Below, piece after piece: positions 1 through 10,241 of a stretch of 64,000 bases of DNA; the first letter of the stretch is position 1, and each line of letters begins with the position of its first letter. Made by a program: the position numbers and the translations under genes. The stretch comes from Pseudomonadota bacterium (GTDB lineage: Bacteria > Pseudomonadota > Gammaproteobacteria > UBA1113). The notes beneath the pieces are model-generated. The model was not told the DNA's origin and ran no database searches. It saw nothing but the letters and a program-made list of their open reading frames with translations. The stretch covers positions 6,053 through 70,052 of the forward strand of contig JAJYCX010000011.1 in NCBI GenBank assembly GCA_021778015.1, in the 5' to 3' direction.

Positions 1-1
1 A

Positions 2-193
2 GAATTCCCCAGTTTAGAAAATCTAGCTCATAATCGTTTGATTATAACGGCTGCTTTAGCGGTTATATCTGAAGAACTTAAGCGGTTCATACCTGTTATT
101 ATTGATTTTGAGGGTTCTTTTGCTGCTGGTACTATAGAAAGGATAGAAAATTTTTTTCCTAATGTTGCTTCCGCTAACAGTTTAAGCATGTGA
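2..193 (+). CDS. 3' end of an unidentified gene (C-terminal 63 codons, runs off the left edge)
   Basis: Frame +2 is open from the window edge to TGA 191-193 (...NRLIITAALAVISEELKRFIPVIIDFEGSFAAGTIERIENFFPNVASANSLSM*). A palindromic repeat follows directly. No family recognised. Confidence 0.35.
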   Translation, partial: EFPSLENLAHNRLIITAALAVISEELKRFIPVIIDFEGSFAAGTIERIENFFPNVASANSLSM

Positions 194-210
194 GATGTAC
201 CCGTCGCCAA

Positions 211-332
211 TGAAGATGCGAGATCTAGCTGAATACTATAGATTTAAATCGAAGCGTTGTCATCCTCGACGAAGTCGAGGATGACAACGTTTTAGCACTG
301 TATTCGTAGAAAGTATTGCGCTCGCATCTTCA
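211..332. repeat. Nested-palindrome MITE-like element, copy A (short core form)
   Basis: Terminal inverted repeats TGAAGATGCGAG (211-222) and CTCGCATCTTCA (321-332). Perfect core palindrome CGTTGTCATCCTCGAC-GAA-GTCGAGGATGACAACG (255-289). Lies between two convergent gene ends. Confidence 0.85.
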
Positions 333-354
333 AGTACGATGGATATATACACAA

Positions 355-1338
355 TTACTTTTTAGTCGTAGCCGCCGCACTCTTAACATCGTCTTGCAAT
401 AAACGAATTAAAGCTTGCATATCCTCAGGACACGGTACGGTCCAAGACAGTGTTTCGCCACTGACGGGATGCGTTAGGGCCAAATGCGTTGCGTGTAAAG
501 CTTGGCGATGAAAATTTTGCAAGGCTTCTACCAAAGCTATATCGGCTTGACGCGGAAATTTAGGGCGGCCGCCATAGGTGGCATCGCCCACAATGGGATG
601 ATGACTATGCGCTAGATGCACGCGAATTTGGTGTGTGCGTCCTGTTTCTAATTGCACTCGCAATAAAGTATGTGCGCGAAAACGTTCTAGCACGCGGTAA
701 TGGGTAATCGCTTCACGGCCACTGTCTGTCACGGCCATGCGTGTGCGTGCTTGTGGATGCCGCCCTATAGGCGCATCTATAGTGCCACCCGCAGTGATCA
801 TGCCCTGACATAAAGCCAAATATTCACGTTTAACCAAGCGCTTTTGCATTTGTCGTATTAAATGCGTGTGTGCAGTCAAGGTTTTGGCAATAACCAACAA
901 GCCGCTGGTGTCCTTGTCTAAGCGATGTACCAACCCTGCACGCGGTAAGGTACTTAAGGACGGACAATGGTGTAGCAGGGCATTGACCAAGGTGTGCTCG
1001 GGATTGCCTGCACCTGGGTGTACAATTAAACCCGCTGGCTTGTTGATGACTAAAATGCTATCGTCTTCATATAGAATATTCAGATCTATGGCTTCTGCTT
1101 TGGCGGTAGTTTCTTCTAAGGCCGTGGGACTTAAACTTAAACACTCACCACCTTTTAATAGTTCTTTGCCTTTTAAAGCTTGGCCATCACACAATAACTG
1201 TTGCGACTTTATCCACTTTTGCAATAAGCTGCGTGAAAATTGATCAAACAATAAGGCTGCGGCACGATCTAGTCTATAGCCAGCCCATTCTATGGGGACT
1301 ATGGCGGATAAAGGTTCGTTTGGTTCTGTTTTAGACAT
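355..1338 (-). CDS. rluD: 23S rRNA pseudouridine synthase RluD (RluA family with S4 domain)
   Basis: 327 aa with the catalytic motif HRLDKDTSGLLVIAK and GRTHQIRVHL. Divergent from bamD, as in many gammaproteobacteria. Confidence 0.9.
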   Translation of the reverse strand: MSKTEPNEPLSAIVPIEWAGYRLDRAAALLFDQFSRSLLQKWIKSQQLLCDGQALKGKELLKGGECLSLSPTALEETTAKAEAIDLNILYEDDSILVINKPAGLIVHPGAGNPEHTLVNALLHHCPSLSTLPRAGLVHRLDKDTSGLLVIAKTLTAHTHLIRQMQKRLVKREYLALCQGMITAGGTIDAPIGRHPQARTRMAVTDSGREAITHYRVLERFRAHTLLRVQLETGRTHQIRVHLAHSHHPIVGDATYGGRPKFPRQADIALVEALQNFHRQALHATHLALTHPVSGETLSWTVPCPEDMQALIRLLQDDVKSAAATTKK

Positions 1339-1550
1339 GATTTTTTATCTGGTTTTTTATATAGGCCCGATTTTGGCGGTATTGACGAGGGATTGCAAGC
1401 AAAAGTGAACAATAAGTACATTCTGTATACAGATCTGGGATAAATAGTTCATTTTCGCTGAATTTAAACCTGTTTTTTGGCGCAAATTTTCGTATAATGC
1501 GCTTTGGCGCGTGATTGTAACCGCGCAACCTCAGTAACTAAGGATTGATA

Positions 1551-2333
1551 ATGAAAAAACAACAACGGCTCATTTTAGCATTAGCAGCGCTCTTTCTTGC
1601 TGCGTGCTCGGAAGATGTGAAAACGCCAGCCGATATTTATAAAGGCCAGTCAGCTGAGACTATTTTTAATGGCGGTGAGGCTTCTTTGGCAAAAGGTAGC
1701 TACCAAGATGCCGTGGAGCGTTTTGAAGGCTTAGATGCCTTGTATCCTTTTAGCCCTTACGAAGAACAATCGCAGCTCAATATTATTTATGCTTATTATA
1801 AAGCAAACGATTACGCTATGTCCGCCGCGGCAGCGGATCGCTTTATACATCTATACCCACGTAGTTCGCACGTAGATTATGCTTATTATATGAAAGGGGT
1901 TGCCAATACCACGGTTAACCGCGGTTTAGGCTCTGGTATAGTGAATTTGGATATTTCTACACGTGACTTAGGTTCGGTTAAAGAAGCCTTTAACGATTTT
2001 AACCAATTGGTGATCAATTATCCCGATAGCCCATATACGCCAGCAGCACGCAGTCGTATGATTTATTTGCGCAACACCTTAGCGCAATCCGAGCTTAATA
2101 TTGCTCAATTCTATTACGACCACCGCGCCTATGTCGCTGCAGCAAATCGCGCCAATGATGTAGTGAAAGATTATCAACAAGCTCCGGCCGTGATTCCTGC
2201 TTTGGCATTGATGGTGAAATCCTATAGACAATTGGATCTAGAAGAGCCTGCGAATAAAGCCTTACAAGTATTAGCCTACAATTACCCGGATTCGCCTGAG
2301 TATAAGGCCTTAGTGGAAAATAAGAAGAGCTAA
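1551..2333 (+). CDS. bamD: Outer membrane protein assembly factor BamD (lipoprotein, TPR-like)
   Basis: Signal peptide plus lipobox (LAALFLAAC). TPR-like body typical of BamD/YfiO. ATG 1551 is preceded by AAGGA at 1538-1542, so the track's TTG at 1545 is less likely. Confidence 0.9.
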   Translation: MKKQQRLILALAALFLAACSEDVKTPADIYKGQSAETIFNGGEASLAKGSYQDAVERFEGLDALYPFSPYEEQSQLNIIYAYYKANDYAMSAAAADRFIHLYPRSSHVDYAYYMKGVANTTVNRGLGSGIVNLDISTRDLGSVKEAFNDFNQLVINYPDSPYTPAARSRMIYLRNTLAQSELNIAQFYYDHRAYVAAANRANDVVKDYQQAPAVIPALALMVKSYRQLDLEEPANKALQVLAYNYPDSPEYKALVENKKS

Positions 2334-2358
2334 GGCTCGTTGCAAGCCACGTTATAGC

Positions 2359-2446
2359 TGTGGGCTAGGGTATTGTTGTCATCGATCCTCGACTAGGCCG
2401 CAAGGCCACAGTCGAGGATGGCAAATGCGTGTGGCCTAGGTCCCAG
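2359..2446. repeat. Nested-palindrome element, copy B (GTCATC..CCTCGAC-TAGGCCGCAAGGCCACA-GTCGAGGATGG)
   Basis: Same family as 21810-21882, sharing the ...GTCGAGGATG(A/G)CAAATGCG...TAGGTCC end. Sits between the convergent bamD and mltB, so it is a likely bidirectional terminator hairpin. Confidence 0.75.
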
Positions 2447-2451
2447 AATCA

Positions 2452-3471
2452 TCACGCAATACTACAACTCTTCAGCTTTTCCCGCTGGCATTCATCTAAT
2501 ATACTGCTTAGCATATACACTGCCATGGCGTAATTAACGCTGGTGTTGTAACGCATGATGGTGTAGAAATTATTAAATCCTATCTCGTACAGCGGCCCAT
2601 CTGGCGCAGCCAATTGCACAATATTCGCCTTTAATGCCGAACTGTATTGGCTATCGACTTTAAAACCCAGCGCTCGCAATTCACCTAAGGTTTTAGTAGG
2701 CGGCACATTCGGTACTATGGTCTTCAACGCGCTTTTCTTGGTAATGACCGCTTTAGTCAGAATAGGTTCACCGCGTTGCCAGCCATTTTCTTTCAAATAG
2801 TTCGCCACGCTGGCCAGGATATCATTATCGTCTTTTTGTAAATTGATATAATGCGCATCTTCATAAGCAATGGCGTATCGTCTATAACTGCTGGGCATAA
2901 ATTGAGGTTTTCCTATAGCCCCAGCATAAGAGCCTTTTAAGGATAGGGGGGCTATGTGGTGTTCGCGGGTTAGGCGTAAATATTCCGCCAATTCTTTTTG
3001 GAAGAATTTTTGTCGCGGCGGGTAGTCAAAGGAAAGCGTAGTCAGGGCATCCATGACGCGATAAGTGCCTTGTCTTTCACCATAAAAAGTTTCTACCCCT
3101 AAAATAGCCACTATCACTGAAGCCGGTATACCGTATTGTTTTTGTAGCTTAGCCAAAACCTTATAGTGCTTTTGCCAAAAATGATAGCCGTCTACAACGC
3201 GCTTATCGGTGATAAAACGGTTTCTATAAAACAGCCAATCTTTACTTTCAGCCGGACTACTGATTAATTCAATGATCTTAGGCTGTAGCTCGACTTCATT
3301 AAATAGCTTATTTAATGACTTAGCGTTGAAATTATCATCTTTCACCATGGTTTGGATAAAAGCTTGTACGTCGGGGCGTTGACTCAGCTCTGCCGCTTGA
3401 ACCGGTAAAGTAATGACGATTAAATAACAAAAGCAGAGTACAGTAAGGGTCTTTTTTAGGGTTATGAGCAT
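2452..3471 (-). CDS. mltB: Lytic murein transglycosylase B family protein
   Basis: 339 aa with an N-terminal signal peptide. Carries the MltB/SltB motifs GVETFYG and AGAIGKPQFMPSSY. Confidence 0.85.
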   Translation of the reverse strand: MLITLKKTLTVLCFCYLIVITLPVQAAELSQRPDVQAFIQTMVKDDNFNAKSLNKLFNEVELQPKIIELISSPAESKDWLFYRNRFITDKRVVDGYHFWQKHYKVLAKLQKQYGIPASVIVAILGVETFYGERQGTYRVMDALTTLSFDYPPRQKFFQKELAEYLRLTREHHIAPLSLKGSYAGAIGKPQFMPSSYRRYAIAYEDAHYINLQKDDNDILASVANYLKENGWQRGEPILTKAVITKKSALKTIVPNVPPTKTLGELRALGFKVDSQYSSALKANIVQLAAPDGPLYEIGFNNFYTIMRYNTSVNYAMAVYMLSSILDECQREKLKSCSIA

Positions 3472-3780
3472 AGCATTATATCCTTAAATGGGTAGTAATT
3501 AGCTAAATATACTATACGGGGTTGTAGCGATGTTGTAAACCAAGCTTATATAGGTTTAGCCGATTGTTTAGCTTTTGCATTGAAATATAAAGAGAATTTA
3601 CCAGAACACCCCCCTAACCAACGGAAAAAGCGCAAATTATTTGAAATATACCGAACGTTTAATATCGCCTTAAGTTCTTTTTGATAAAATATCAATAAAT
3701 CGAGTTTTACATAAGCGAATGTGTGGCACCAGGTTATAAATAAGGTCCAATAGCACATCAAAATAAGTGGGGGTATGATC

Positions 3781-6700
3781 ATGAGTTGGATTTATAAATT
3801 TAAGAAAGAGATTGAAGATCTGCAATTGGAAAAAGCCATTTTAACTCCTGAGGAGCAAAAAAGTGCTTCCAATGACCGATTTGCTCAAATGAAACGTATC
3901 TTAAACACAGCGTTAGCACGACAAGATAGTGTAGAAGAACGCTTAAGTGAAGGGTTAAAAGAATTTGTCGCTGATTATAATGGTCGAAAAGAATTGTCTG
4001 CTAATATATTGCAGTCATTCCGAGTTATTGTGGATAAATGCACAGGGATTTCAGATGATCTTTTAGATTCTGGATCTTTACAGTCTTTTAATGACTCTAC
4101 AGCATACACTCAACAAGAACTGGATGATTTGAGAGCTATGCAGCAGACTCTTTCTGATGCCATTATGGCATTGGAACAAAAGCAAGATGTCAGTAAAGCC
4201 GCAGAAGAAGAAAAAGGTATTCTTCAGAAAGTAGCTTCGTTAATTGAATCCCAAATTTTGGGAGATAACCCAGCACCTGAAAATAGTTCCAATTTGATTA
4301 AAAGTATTCACAAGCTTAAACAAGAAATAGCGTCGTCTACTCCTATAGAAGAAACTTCGCTTAAGACAGCAATAGGAAGTATTCCTAAGCTTGATTTCAT
4401 TGAAAGAATTGAAAATGGGCTTTGTAAGGCATTTCTGAGGCGTAAATCTAAAGTTGCGCAATCTAGAGAAAAGCTCGTAACGGAAATAAAAAAATTGCAC
4501 AAAAGTACAAGTGAAGTGCAGTCGAAAGCTCAAAAACATCTAGGTGATTTAATAGGGACCTTGAAGGCAGCCAATGAAAACATAGAGAGACGTATTCGTA
4601 AAATAGAGACTCATCAAGATCAATTTAATCGAAAAAAAGATAGCAGCTTAGCTGTTTTGGGAACTGCCGCTAAAAGTGCTGCTGATCTTTTAGCATTAAA
4701 GCCAAAAAAAGAAACTAAAATAAATGAGAATCTAAAGGCATCTAAAAGACATTTGGACGCAATAGAGCAGGAGCTGCTTAGTATACGTGTAATTGAAGAA
4801 AGAAAAAAATCTATTGATTTACCTATTGATCCTGCTCAAGAAAGAATTGATGCAATGATGGCTGAAATGTTTGAGCCTGTAGATGAACCAACTTCAAATC
4901 AACAAGAAATCATGGTAGAGGCTATAGATCTAGAGCAGCAAGAGATAGATCGCATTTTGGATGACATCGATACTAGTTTAGTTGAGGTTTCAGGGGTGTC
5001 GCGTTCAATGACAAGTTCAGCAAAACTGTCAGAACTTGTTGAAGAAAGCAAAGAATTAAGCAAAGATATCGCGAGCAGCTATAGAGCTGCACGAGTAAGT
5101 CACAATAGTATAAAAGCCCTTCAAAAAAAGTCCTCTGACAGCCATAAGGAAGTTTTAAAACTCACAAAAGAGATTGAGGAAATGAAACCAAGCCGAGTTG
5201 GTGCTAAAAGATTAGCATCAATAGAAGGTAAGGCTAAGGCTGTAGAACTAAGAGACTCTGCACAAAGACAATTAGAAAAACAAGAAAGAAATGTTGATGA
5301 AGCTAATATAAGAGAATCTGAACTTGAAGAAAAAAGAGCTAAAACATCTGAGTTATTGTTAAAATGCAAAAAAAGACATTTGACCGCATTGTCTGAGTTG
5401 TTTGAACAAAAGATGGCACATTGCGATAGTTTGATTGCTGCAAATGAAGCAAGGTTAGAGGAATTGCCTGAAGCATTGGCTCTAGAACCTATTCAAGCGA
5501 ATGACTCAGAGTTTGATTCATTCCCTGATATTTATGCAGCCAATCTTAAAAAGAGTGGTTTGTCTGGTGAGATAAAACAAGCATTGGATAAATCCAAAAA
5601 AGCACATGAAAAAGTCTTGGGCTTAAGAAAAGCTTATGAAAACGAGATGAGAAAACATCAGGCTACCATAACTGATCCTGAGCGTTCATTTTGGGAAGCT
5701 GCTAAAGAAACTTTTTCTGGTTTTGTACAAGGCAAGCCTGAGCAAGAAGTTGAACATAGTACTGAAATAGAAAGAATAGATGATGCCATAGGCATAGAAA
5801 AGAAACGTCTTGAGGATCTTGAGGTTTTTCACCGCAGCATTCTTGCTCATAATGGTAATGCTGAGAGATTAGAAAGTAAAAAGGTGGCCTTTCAACAAGC
5901 CTATGTAGAAGCCAAAAAAGAAATAGCTGTTTTGAATTCTTTGGTTGGGCAAGCTGAGCATGAAGAACTTCGCCAAAAGAGTATAGAAAAATCGCTTCAA
6001 GGCGTTGTGGCTTCTGCGAATATGGCAACAGACGCTGATAAAGAATCAATACTTGAAACGGTTGCTGTTACCGTTAAAAATATTGTGAATCCAGCTCCAG
6101 AAGTGACTCCAATGATGTCGGAAGAGGATTTGGCAAAAGAAATAAGACGAGAAGCGAATGATAGTCTAAAAGCAGTTGAAGGCTTAGTTGCCAAATGTGC
6201 CGCATTGAGTGATGAAATTGCTTATTGCCGAAATCAAGGATATGATAAATTTAAGCGTGGCGGTGGAGAAAGCAAAATTCATCAATTAAAAGAAAAAGCT
6301 ACCGCGCTGATGCAAGAGATGCATTCACATAGCCGTAAAGGCGAATTAGAGCTAGGCTTGGTTCAAACCTTAGTGTCTGCAAGCAGTGCGTTACAACATG
6401 CCGTTAATGCAGCTTTGCTGAATACTTTACTGGCAACCCCTACGCTGGAAGACCCTACTGATGTTAGAGCAGAAATGATTCAGGAAGCAGAAATGTGGGC
6501 AAAACAGGCTGAGGAATGGTTGAGTGCACAAGAGGAAGCGTTGAGCGAAGAGGGTGATGAAATGGTTAGTTTGCATCGTTTGGTCAAAGTGCAAAATTGG
6601 TTAGAAGTACAAAGGAAAAACCATGAACTTTTGATGCAACATCAAACGCGGTCTTCTAAAGGCAAAGAACTCATTTTGTCTGAAAAGGCTTTATATGAAG

Positions 6701-7089
6701 AATCTAGGTATTTACTGAATACTACAGAGGAAGTTATAGCACAACACGAATCTGCTAAAGAAGCTTTGAGCAAGTATAAAGAAAACATTGAACAGGCTAA
6801 AGCGCACAAGATGGATGCCGTTGTGTTAGAGGAGGCTAAGCCAGCAATAGAAATTAACCCAGTCGGGGCGATGGTTGCTGAAAGTAAACCTTCTGTATTA
6901 GTTGGTAATCGACATGCTCTTTTTGGATCAACTGCACCCCAAAAAGCGCATCAAGATGAGCCACGAGGTCTAGTGCGTAGAACATTGGGTCCTGTGCGTA
7001 AAGCTGTGGGGGTCTTGAGTGCCTTTGTTTTGAACGTCACTGCTTGGTTTGGTTCCGCCTTTGAAAGTGTGGGTGCAGGGTTCTTATAG
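3781..7089 (+). CDS. Large coiled-coil protein with a C-terminal hydrophobic tail (orphan, candidate secreted or membrane-anchored effector)
   Basis: About 1100 aa, extremely E/K/Q/L/A-rich with heptad-like periodicity throughout. The last ~35 residues are hydrophobic (VGVLSAFVLNVTAWFGSAFESVGAGFL*). Start is ATG 3781 or 3775. AT-rich codon usage. No family recognised. Confidence 0.7.
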   Translation: MSWIYKFKKEIEDLQLEKAILTPEEQKSASNDRFAQMKRILNTALARQDSVEERLSEGLKEFVADYNGRKELSANILQSFRVIVDKCTGISDDLLDSGSLQSFNDSTAYTQQELDDLRAMQQTLSDAIMALEQKQDVSKAAEEEKGILQKVASLIESQILGDNPAPENSSNLIKSIHKLKQEIASSTPIEETSLKTAIGSIPKLDFIERIENGLCKAFLRRKSKVAQSREKLVTEIKKLHKSTSEVQSKAQKHLGDLIGTLKAANENIERRIRKIETHQDQFNRKKDSSLAVLGTAAKSAADLLALKPKKETKINENLKASKRHLDAIEQELLSIRVIEERKKSIDLPIDPAQERIDAMMAEMFEPVDEPTSNQQEIMVEAIDLEQQEIDRILDDIDTSLVEVSGVSRSMTSSAKLSELVEESKELSKDIASSYRAARVSHNSIKALQKKSSDSHKEVLKLTKEIEEMKPSRVGAKRLASIEGKAKAVELRDSAQRQLEKQERNVDEANIRESELEEKRAKTSELLLKCKKRHLTALSELFEQKMAHCDSLIAANEARLEELPEALALEPIQANDSEFDSFPDIYAANLKKSGLSGEIKQALDKSKKAHEKVLGLRKAYENEMRKHQATITDPERSFWEAAKETFSGFVQGKPEQEVEHSTEIERIDDAIGIEKKRLEDLEVFHRSILAHNGNAERLESKKVAFQQAYVEAKKEIAVLNSLVGQAEHEELRQKSIEKSLQGVVASANMATDADKESILETVAVTVKNIVNPAPEVTPMMSEEDLAKEIRREANDSLKAVEGLVAKCAALSDEIAYCRNQGYDKFKRGGGESKIHQLKEKATALMQEMHSHSRKGELELGLVQTLVSASSALQHAVNAALLNTLLATPTLEDPTDVRAEMIQEAEMWAKQAEEWLSAQEEALSEEGDEMVSLHRLVKVQNWLEVQRKNHELLMQHQTRSSKGKELILSEKALYEESRYLLNTTEEVIAQHESAKEALSKYKENIEQAKAHKMDAVVLEEAKPAIEINPVGAMVAESKPSVLVGNRHALFGSTAPQKAHQDEPRGLVRRTLGPVRKAVGVLSAFVLNVTAWFGSAFESVGAGFL

Positions 7090-7093
7090 AAAC

Positions 7094-8230
7094 CTAAGTA
7101 CTCCACAGTCGTCTATGCGTTTGTATAGACATCAATACGCCAAAGGCGGCCATTAAGGTCACCATAGAGGTTCCACCGTAACTGACTAAGGGCAAGGGAA
7201 TGCCCACTACAGGTAATAGTCCACAGACCATGCCTATGTTGACAAAAACATTAAAGAAGAAAGCAATGGCGAGGCTGCCTGCCAATAAACGTGAAAAAGT
7301 ATCTTGGGCCGTATACGCAATCACGAAACCACGACCAATGACCCAGGCGTAGGCCAGCAATAAGATCAAAGCGCCGAATAGGCCTAATTCTTCACCCGCA
7401 ACGGCAAAGATAAAATCAGTGGCATGTTCAGGTAAAAAATTTAAATGGGATTGTGTGCCCATCAACCAACCTTTGCCAAATACGCCGCCTGAACCTATGG
7501 CGATTTTGGATTGTATAATATGATAACCATGCCCCAAGGGATCGGTTTCTGGGTTTAAAAAAGTTAACACGCGTTGCCGTTGATAATCGTGCATAGAATG
7601 CCATAAAACGGGCACAGCTGCAGCGGCCAGTAGTACCACCAAAATTAAATAACGGTAAGGTAGACCTGCTAAAAAGATTACACAAAATCCAGTCAACAGC
7701 AGCATTAAAGCCGTACCCAAATCGGGTTGCAACGCAGTTAAACCTACAGGCACTAAGATAATAAACAAGCATAACAACAAGGTTGTAAAACGCGGCGGTA
7801 ATATTTTTTCGTGTAATATGGAAGCCAAATACATGGGGATGGCTAATTTCATGATCTCGGAAGGCTGAAAACGAATAATGCCGAAATCCAACCAGCGGCG
7901 CGCGCCTTTACCCACATCCCCCATCGCCATAACCGCAATGAGGAAAAATAAACCCACAAAAAAAGTCCAGGGTGCCAGCATACGTAAACGATAAGGTGGA
8001 ATTTGCGCTACTGCTGCCAAAACCAGAGCGGCAAAAGCCAAGCGTACACATTGTCCCTCAACGGTATGCACATTTTCATTGCCCGCACTGTATAAGATCA
8101 CTAGACCAAAGCCAATTAAAAAGAATAAAGCTTGCAGCAAATTACTGTCTAGATGCCATCTAAAGAGCAAATCTTGAGGTCGTGCTGTAGACGACGTGAC
8201 GTTAGGGAGTGGTGGGTGGCGGTATTGCAT
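7094..8230 (-). CDS. rodA: Peptidoglycan glycosyltransferase RodA (SEDS family)
   Basis: FtsW/RodA/SpoVE-type polytopic protein (…LDSNLLQALFFLIGFGLVILYSAG…, PLPLVSYGGTSM). Directly downstream of mrdA. ATG 8230 was chosen by N-terminal alignment logic, and the track start at 8302 would overlap mrdA by 101 nt. Confidence 0.9.
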   Translation of the reverse strand: MQYRHPPLPNVTSSTARPQDLLFRWHLDSNLLQALFFLIGFGLVILYSAGNENVHTVEGQCVRLAFAALVLAAVAQIPPYRLRMLAPWTFFVGLFFLIAVMAMGDVGKGARRWLDFGIIRFQPSEIMKLAIPMYLASILHEKILPPRFTTLLLCLFIILVPVGLTALQPDLGTALMLLLTGFCVIFLAGLPYRYLILVVLLAAAAVPVLWHSMHDYQRQRVLTFLNPETDPLGHGYHIIQSKIAIGSGGVFGKGWLMGTQSHLNFLPEHATDFIFAVAGEELGLFGALILLLAYAWVIGRGFVIAYTAQDTFSRLLAGSLAIAFFFNVFVNIGMVCGLLPVVGIPLPLVSYGGTSMVTLMAAFGVLMSIQTHRRLWST

Positions 8231-10067
8231 TTTCGGCCTCGTTAAAAAAAGCGTCCAGTATCTGGCGGGCGATAGCGGGCGCGGCGTGAACGCCGTTTTC
8301 AATCACCACTGCCAGTGCTATTTTGGGGTTGTCTACAGGTGCAAAAGCAATGAAAGACGAATTGTCTTGCAAATTCTTAGGCTTCCCTTTGTTATCGATG
8401 TCTTTACCAAAAGTACTAAACACCTGGCCGGTACCGGTTTTGGCGGCAACGGTATAAGCTGGGACACCGAAAGAAACATGCGCAGTACCCTCACCGCTGG
8501 CGACTACATTTTGCATGGCGGTGACGATTAAGTTCCAATTGTCGGCGCTGAGTTGTATGGGTGGTGATGCCACGCTGGGCATGACTATTTTTTCACCATT
8601 GGGTAGAATTTGATAATCAACTATAGAAGGTCTATAAGGCTGACCACGCGTGGCAATACCGGCAACGGCATGTGCCATTTGTAAGGGGGTAGTCAACAAA
8701 TACCCTTGACCTATACCTGCGACGATGGTATCGCCTAAATACCAAGGTTGGCCTTTGGTCTTTAATTTCCATTCGGGTGTAGGCACCAAACCGGGCAATT
8801 CTTCATCTACGTCTATACCTGTTTTTGCACCATAACCAAACATTTTCAACACATTGCCTAAACGAGTAATGCCCAGTATGTTTGCGACTTGATAAAAATA
8901 AGTATCGCAGGAAACAGTGATGGCACGGCTCATATAGACGCGGCCATGCCCATGTTTTTTCCACGCCCAACAACGATAGGTGTGTGAGCCATTGGGTAGC
9001 GTATAAAAACCATTGTCAAAGATGGTCCAATCGGGGGTGACCGCATTATAATAGAGTGCTGCAGTGGCTGAAAAAGGTTTGATCGTTGACGCAAAAGGAT
9101 ATTGGCCGCGTATAGAACGGTTATATAAAGGATGATCGGGTGAATCGCGCAATTGAGTATAATCGCTGCTGCTAATGCCAAATACAAAGGGGTTGGGGTC
9201 ATAACCGGGGGCGCTGACCAGCGCTAAAATTCGCCCAGTCTTAGGTTCTATGGCGACCACGGCGCCGCGTTCGCCATCTAAGGCATTAGCTGCAGCCAAT
9301 TGTAGCGTGCTATCTAAAGCCAAATGTAAATCATGGCCGGGGATCGGTGGTTTGCGTTGTAATACGCGTACAATCTGTCCGTTGGCGTCGGTTTCTACTT
9401 GTTGGTAGCCAACTGTGCCGTGTAATTCATTTTCATAAAATTTTTCTATGCCCAATTTACCTATATAATTGGTGCCTAAATAATTTTGTGAATCCACTTT
9501 TTTTAATTCATCGGCATTAATACGGCCTACATAACCTAGAGCACTGACAAAACTATCGCCTTGAGGATAATAACGCACTAATTCAGCGTCTACGTGTACG
9601 CCAGCAAAGCGATATTGATTGACATAAAAACGCGCCATATCGTCTGCGGATAATTTTGCCTTTAAGATAATAGGATTAAAGCGACCATTTTGTTTTAATT
9701 GTTTATAAAAATAAGCCAGATCATCGTTGGTGATCGTTAACACGGTTTGTAGGTCGACGATGGTGGCAGAGATATTTTTGACCTTATTGGGCGTTAAGGT
9801 CAAGTTGAAGACCGGGTTGTTTGCAGCCAATAACACGCCATGGCGATCATAAATTAGTCCGCGCGGAGGGGCGATGGGCAATAAAGTAAATTGATTTTGA
9901 TTAGATAGGGTAGTATAGCGTTTATGCTCCATAATTTGTAAAAATATGAGTCTTGCTATCAAAACCAATATCAATAAGCCAATGACGCTAGCGGCCACCC
10001 ATAAGCGACGTTGGAATAAGATTTTCTCTTCAGTATGATTTTTGACCAGCTCTTTAATAGTGGACAT
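8202..10067 (-). CDS. mrdA: Penicillin-binding protein 2 (elongasome transpeptidase)
   Basis: 621 aa with an N-terminal TM anchor. Has the transpeptidase motifs STIKP (SxxK) and KTGT. Forms an mrdA-rodA operon. Confidence 0.92.
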   Translation of the reverse strand: MSTIKELVKNHTEEKILFQRRLWVAASVIGLLILVLIARLIFLQIMEHKRYTTLSNQNQFTLLPIAPPRGLIYDRHGVLLAANNPVFNLTLTPNKVKNISATIVDLQTVLTITNDDLAYFYKQLKQNGRFNPIILKAKLSADDMARFYVNQYRFAGVHVDAELVRYYPQGDSFVSALGYVGRINADELKKVDSQNYLGTNYIGKLGIEKFYENELHGTVGYQQVETDANGQIVRVLQRKPPIPGHDLHLALDSTLQLAAANALDGERGAVVAIEPKTGRILALVSAPGYDPNPFVFGISSSDYTQLRDSPDHPLYNRSIRGQYPFASTIKPFSATAALYYNAVTPDWTIFDNGFYTLPNGSHTYRCWAWKKHGHGRVYMSRAITVSCDTYFYQVANILGITRLGNVLKMFGYGAKTGIDVDEELPGLVPTPEWKLKTKGQPWYLGDTIVAGIGQGYLLTTPLQMAHAVAGIATRGQPYRPSIVDYQILPNGEKIVMPSVASPPIQLSADNWNLIVTAMQNVVASGEGTAHVSFGVPAYTVAAKTGTGQVFSTFGKDIDNKGKPKNLQDNSSFIAFAPVDNPKIALAVVIENGVHAAPAIARQILDAFFNEAENAIPPPTTP

Positions 10068-10241
10068 ATTAACCTATTGATATAAAACATTTTTTTAACC
10101 ATTGCCATCTGGTTTAGGCTACACTTGTATAACCTAAACCTTGGCACCTGGTAAAAATAGCACACTATGCTATACTCTGTCATTGTGCGGTCTGGCCTGG
10201 CCCGGCGTTCGGCTTGACTATGCAAAAAAGGAGTTTGGCAT

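Noticed and set aside
28-210. 60-aa minus-strand ORF at the left edge
   Set aside because: The opposite strand (frame +2) is open all the way to the window boundary and ends at 193 just before a terminator-like palindrome. The minus ORF is more likely its antisense shadow. Neither has recognisable homology.
3546-3782. 78-aa minus-strand ORF between mltB and the coiled-coil gene, and the 65-aa ORF at 1331-1528
   Set aside because: Both lie in promoter or intergenic DNA, have no SD sequence or motif support, and have odd composition. They are likely non-coding.
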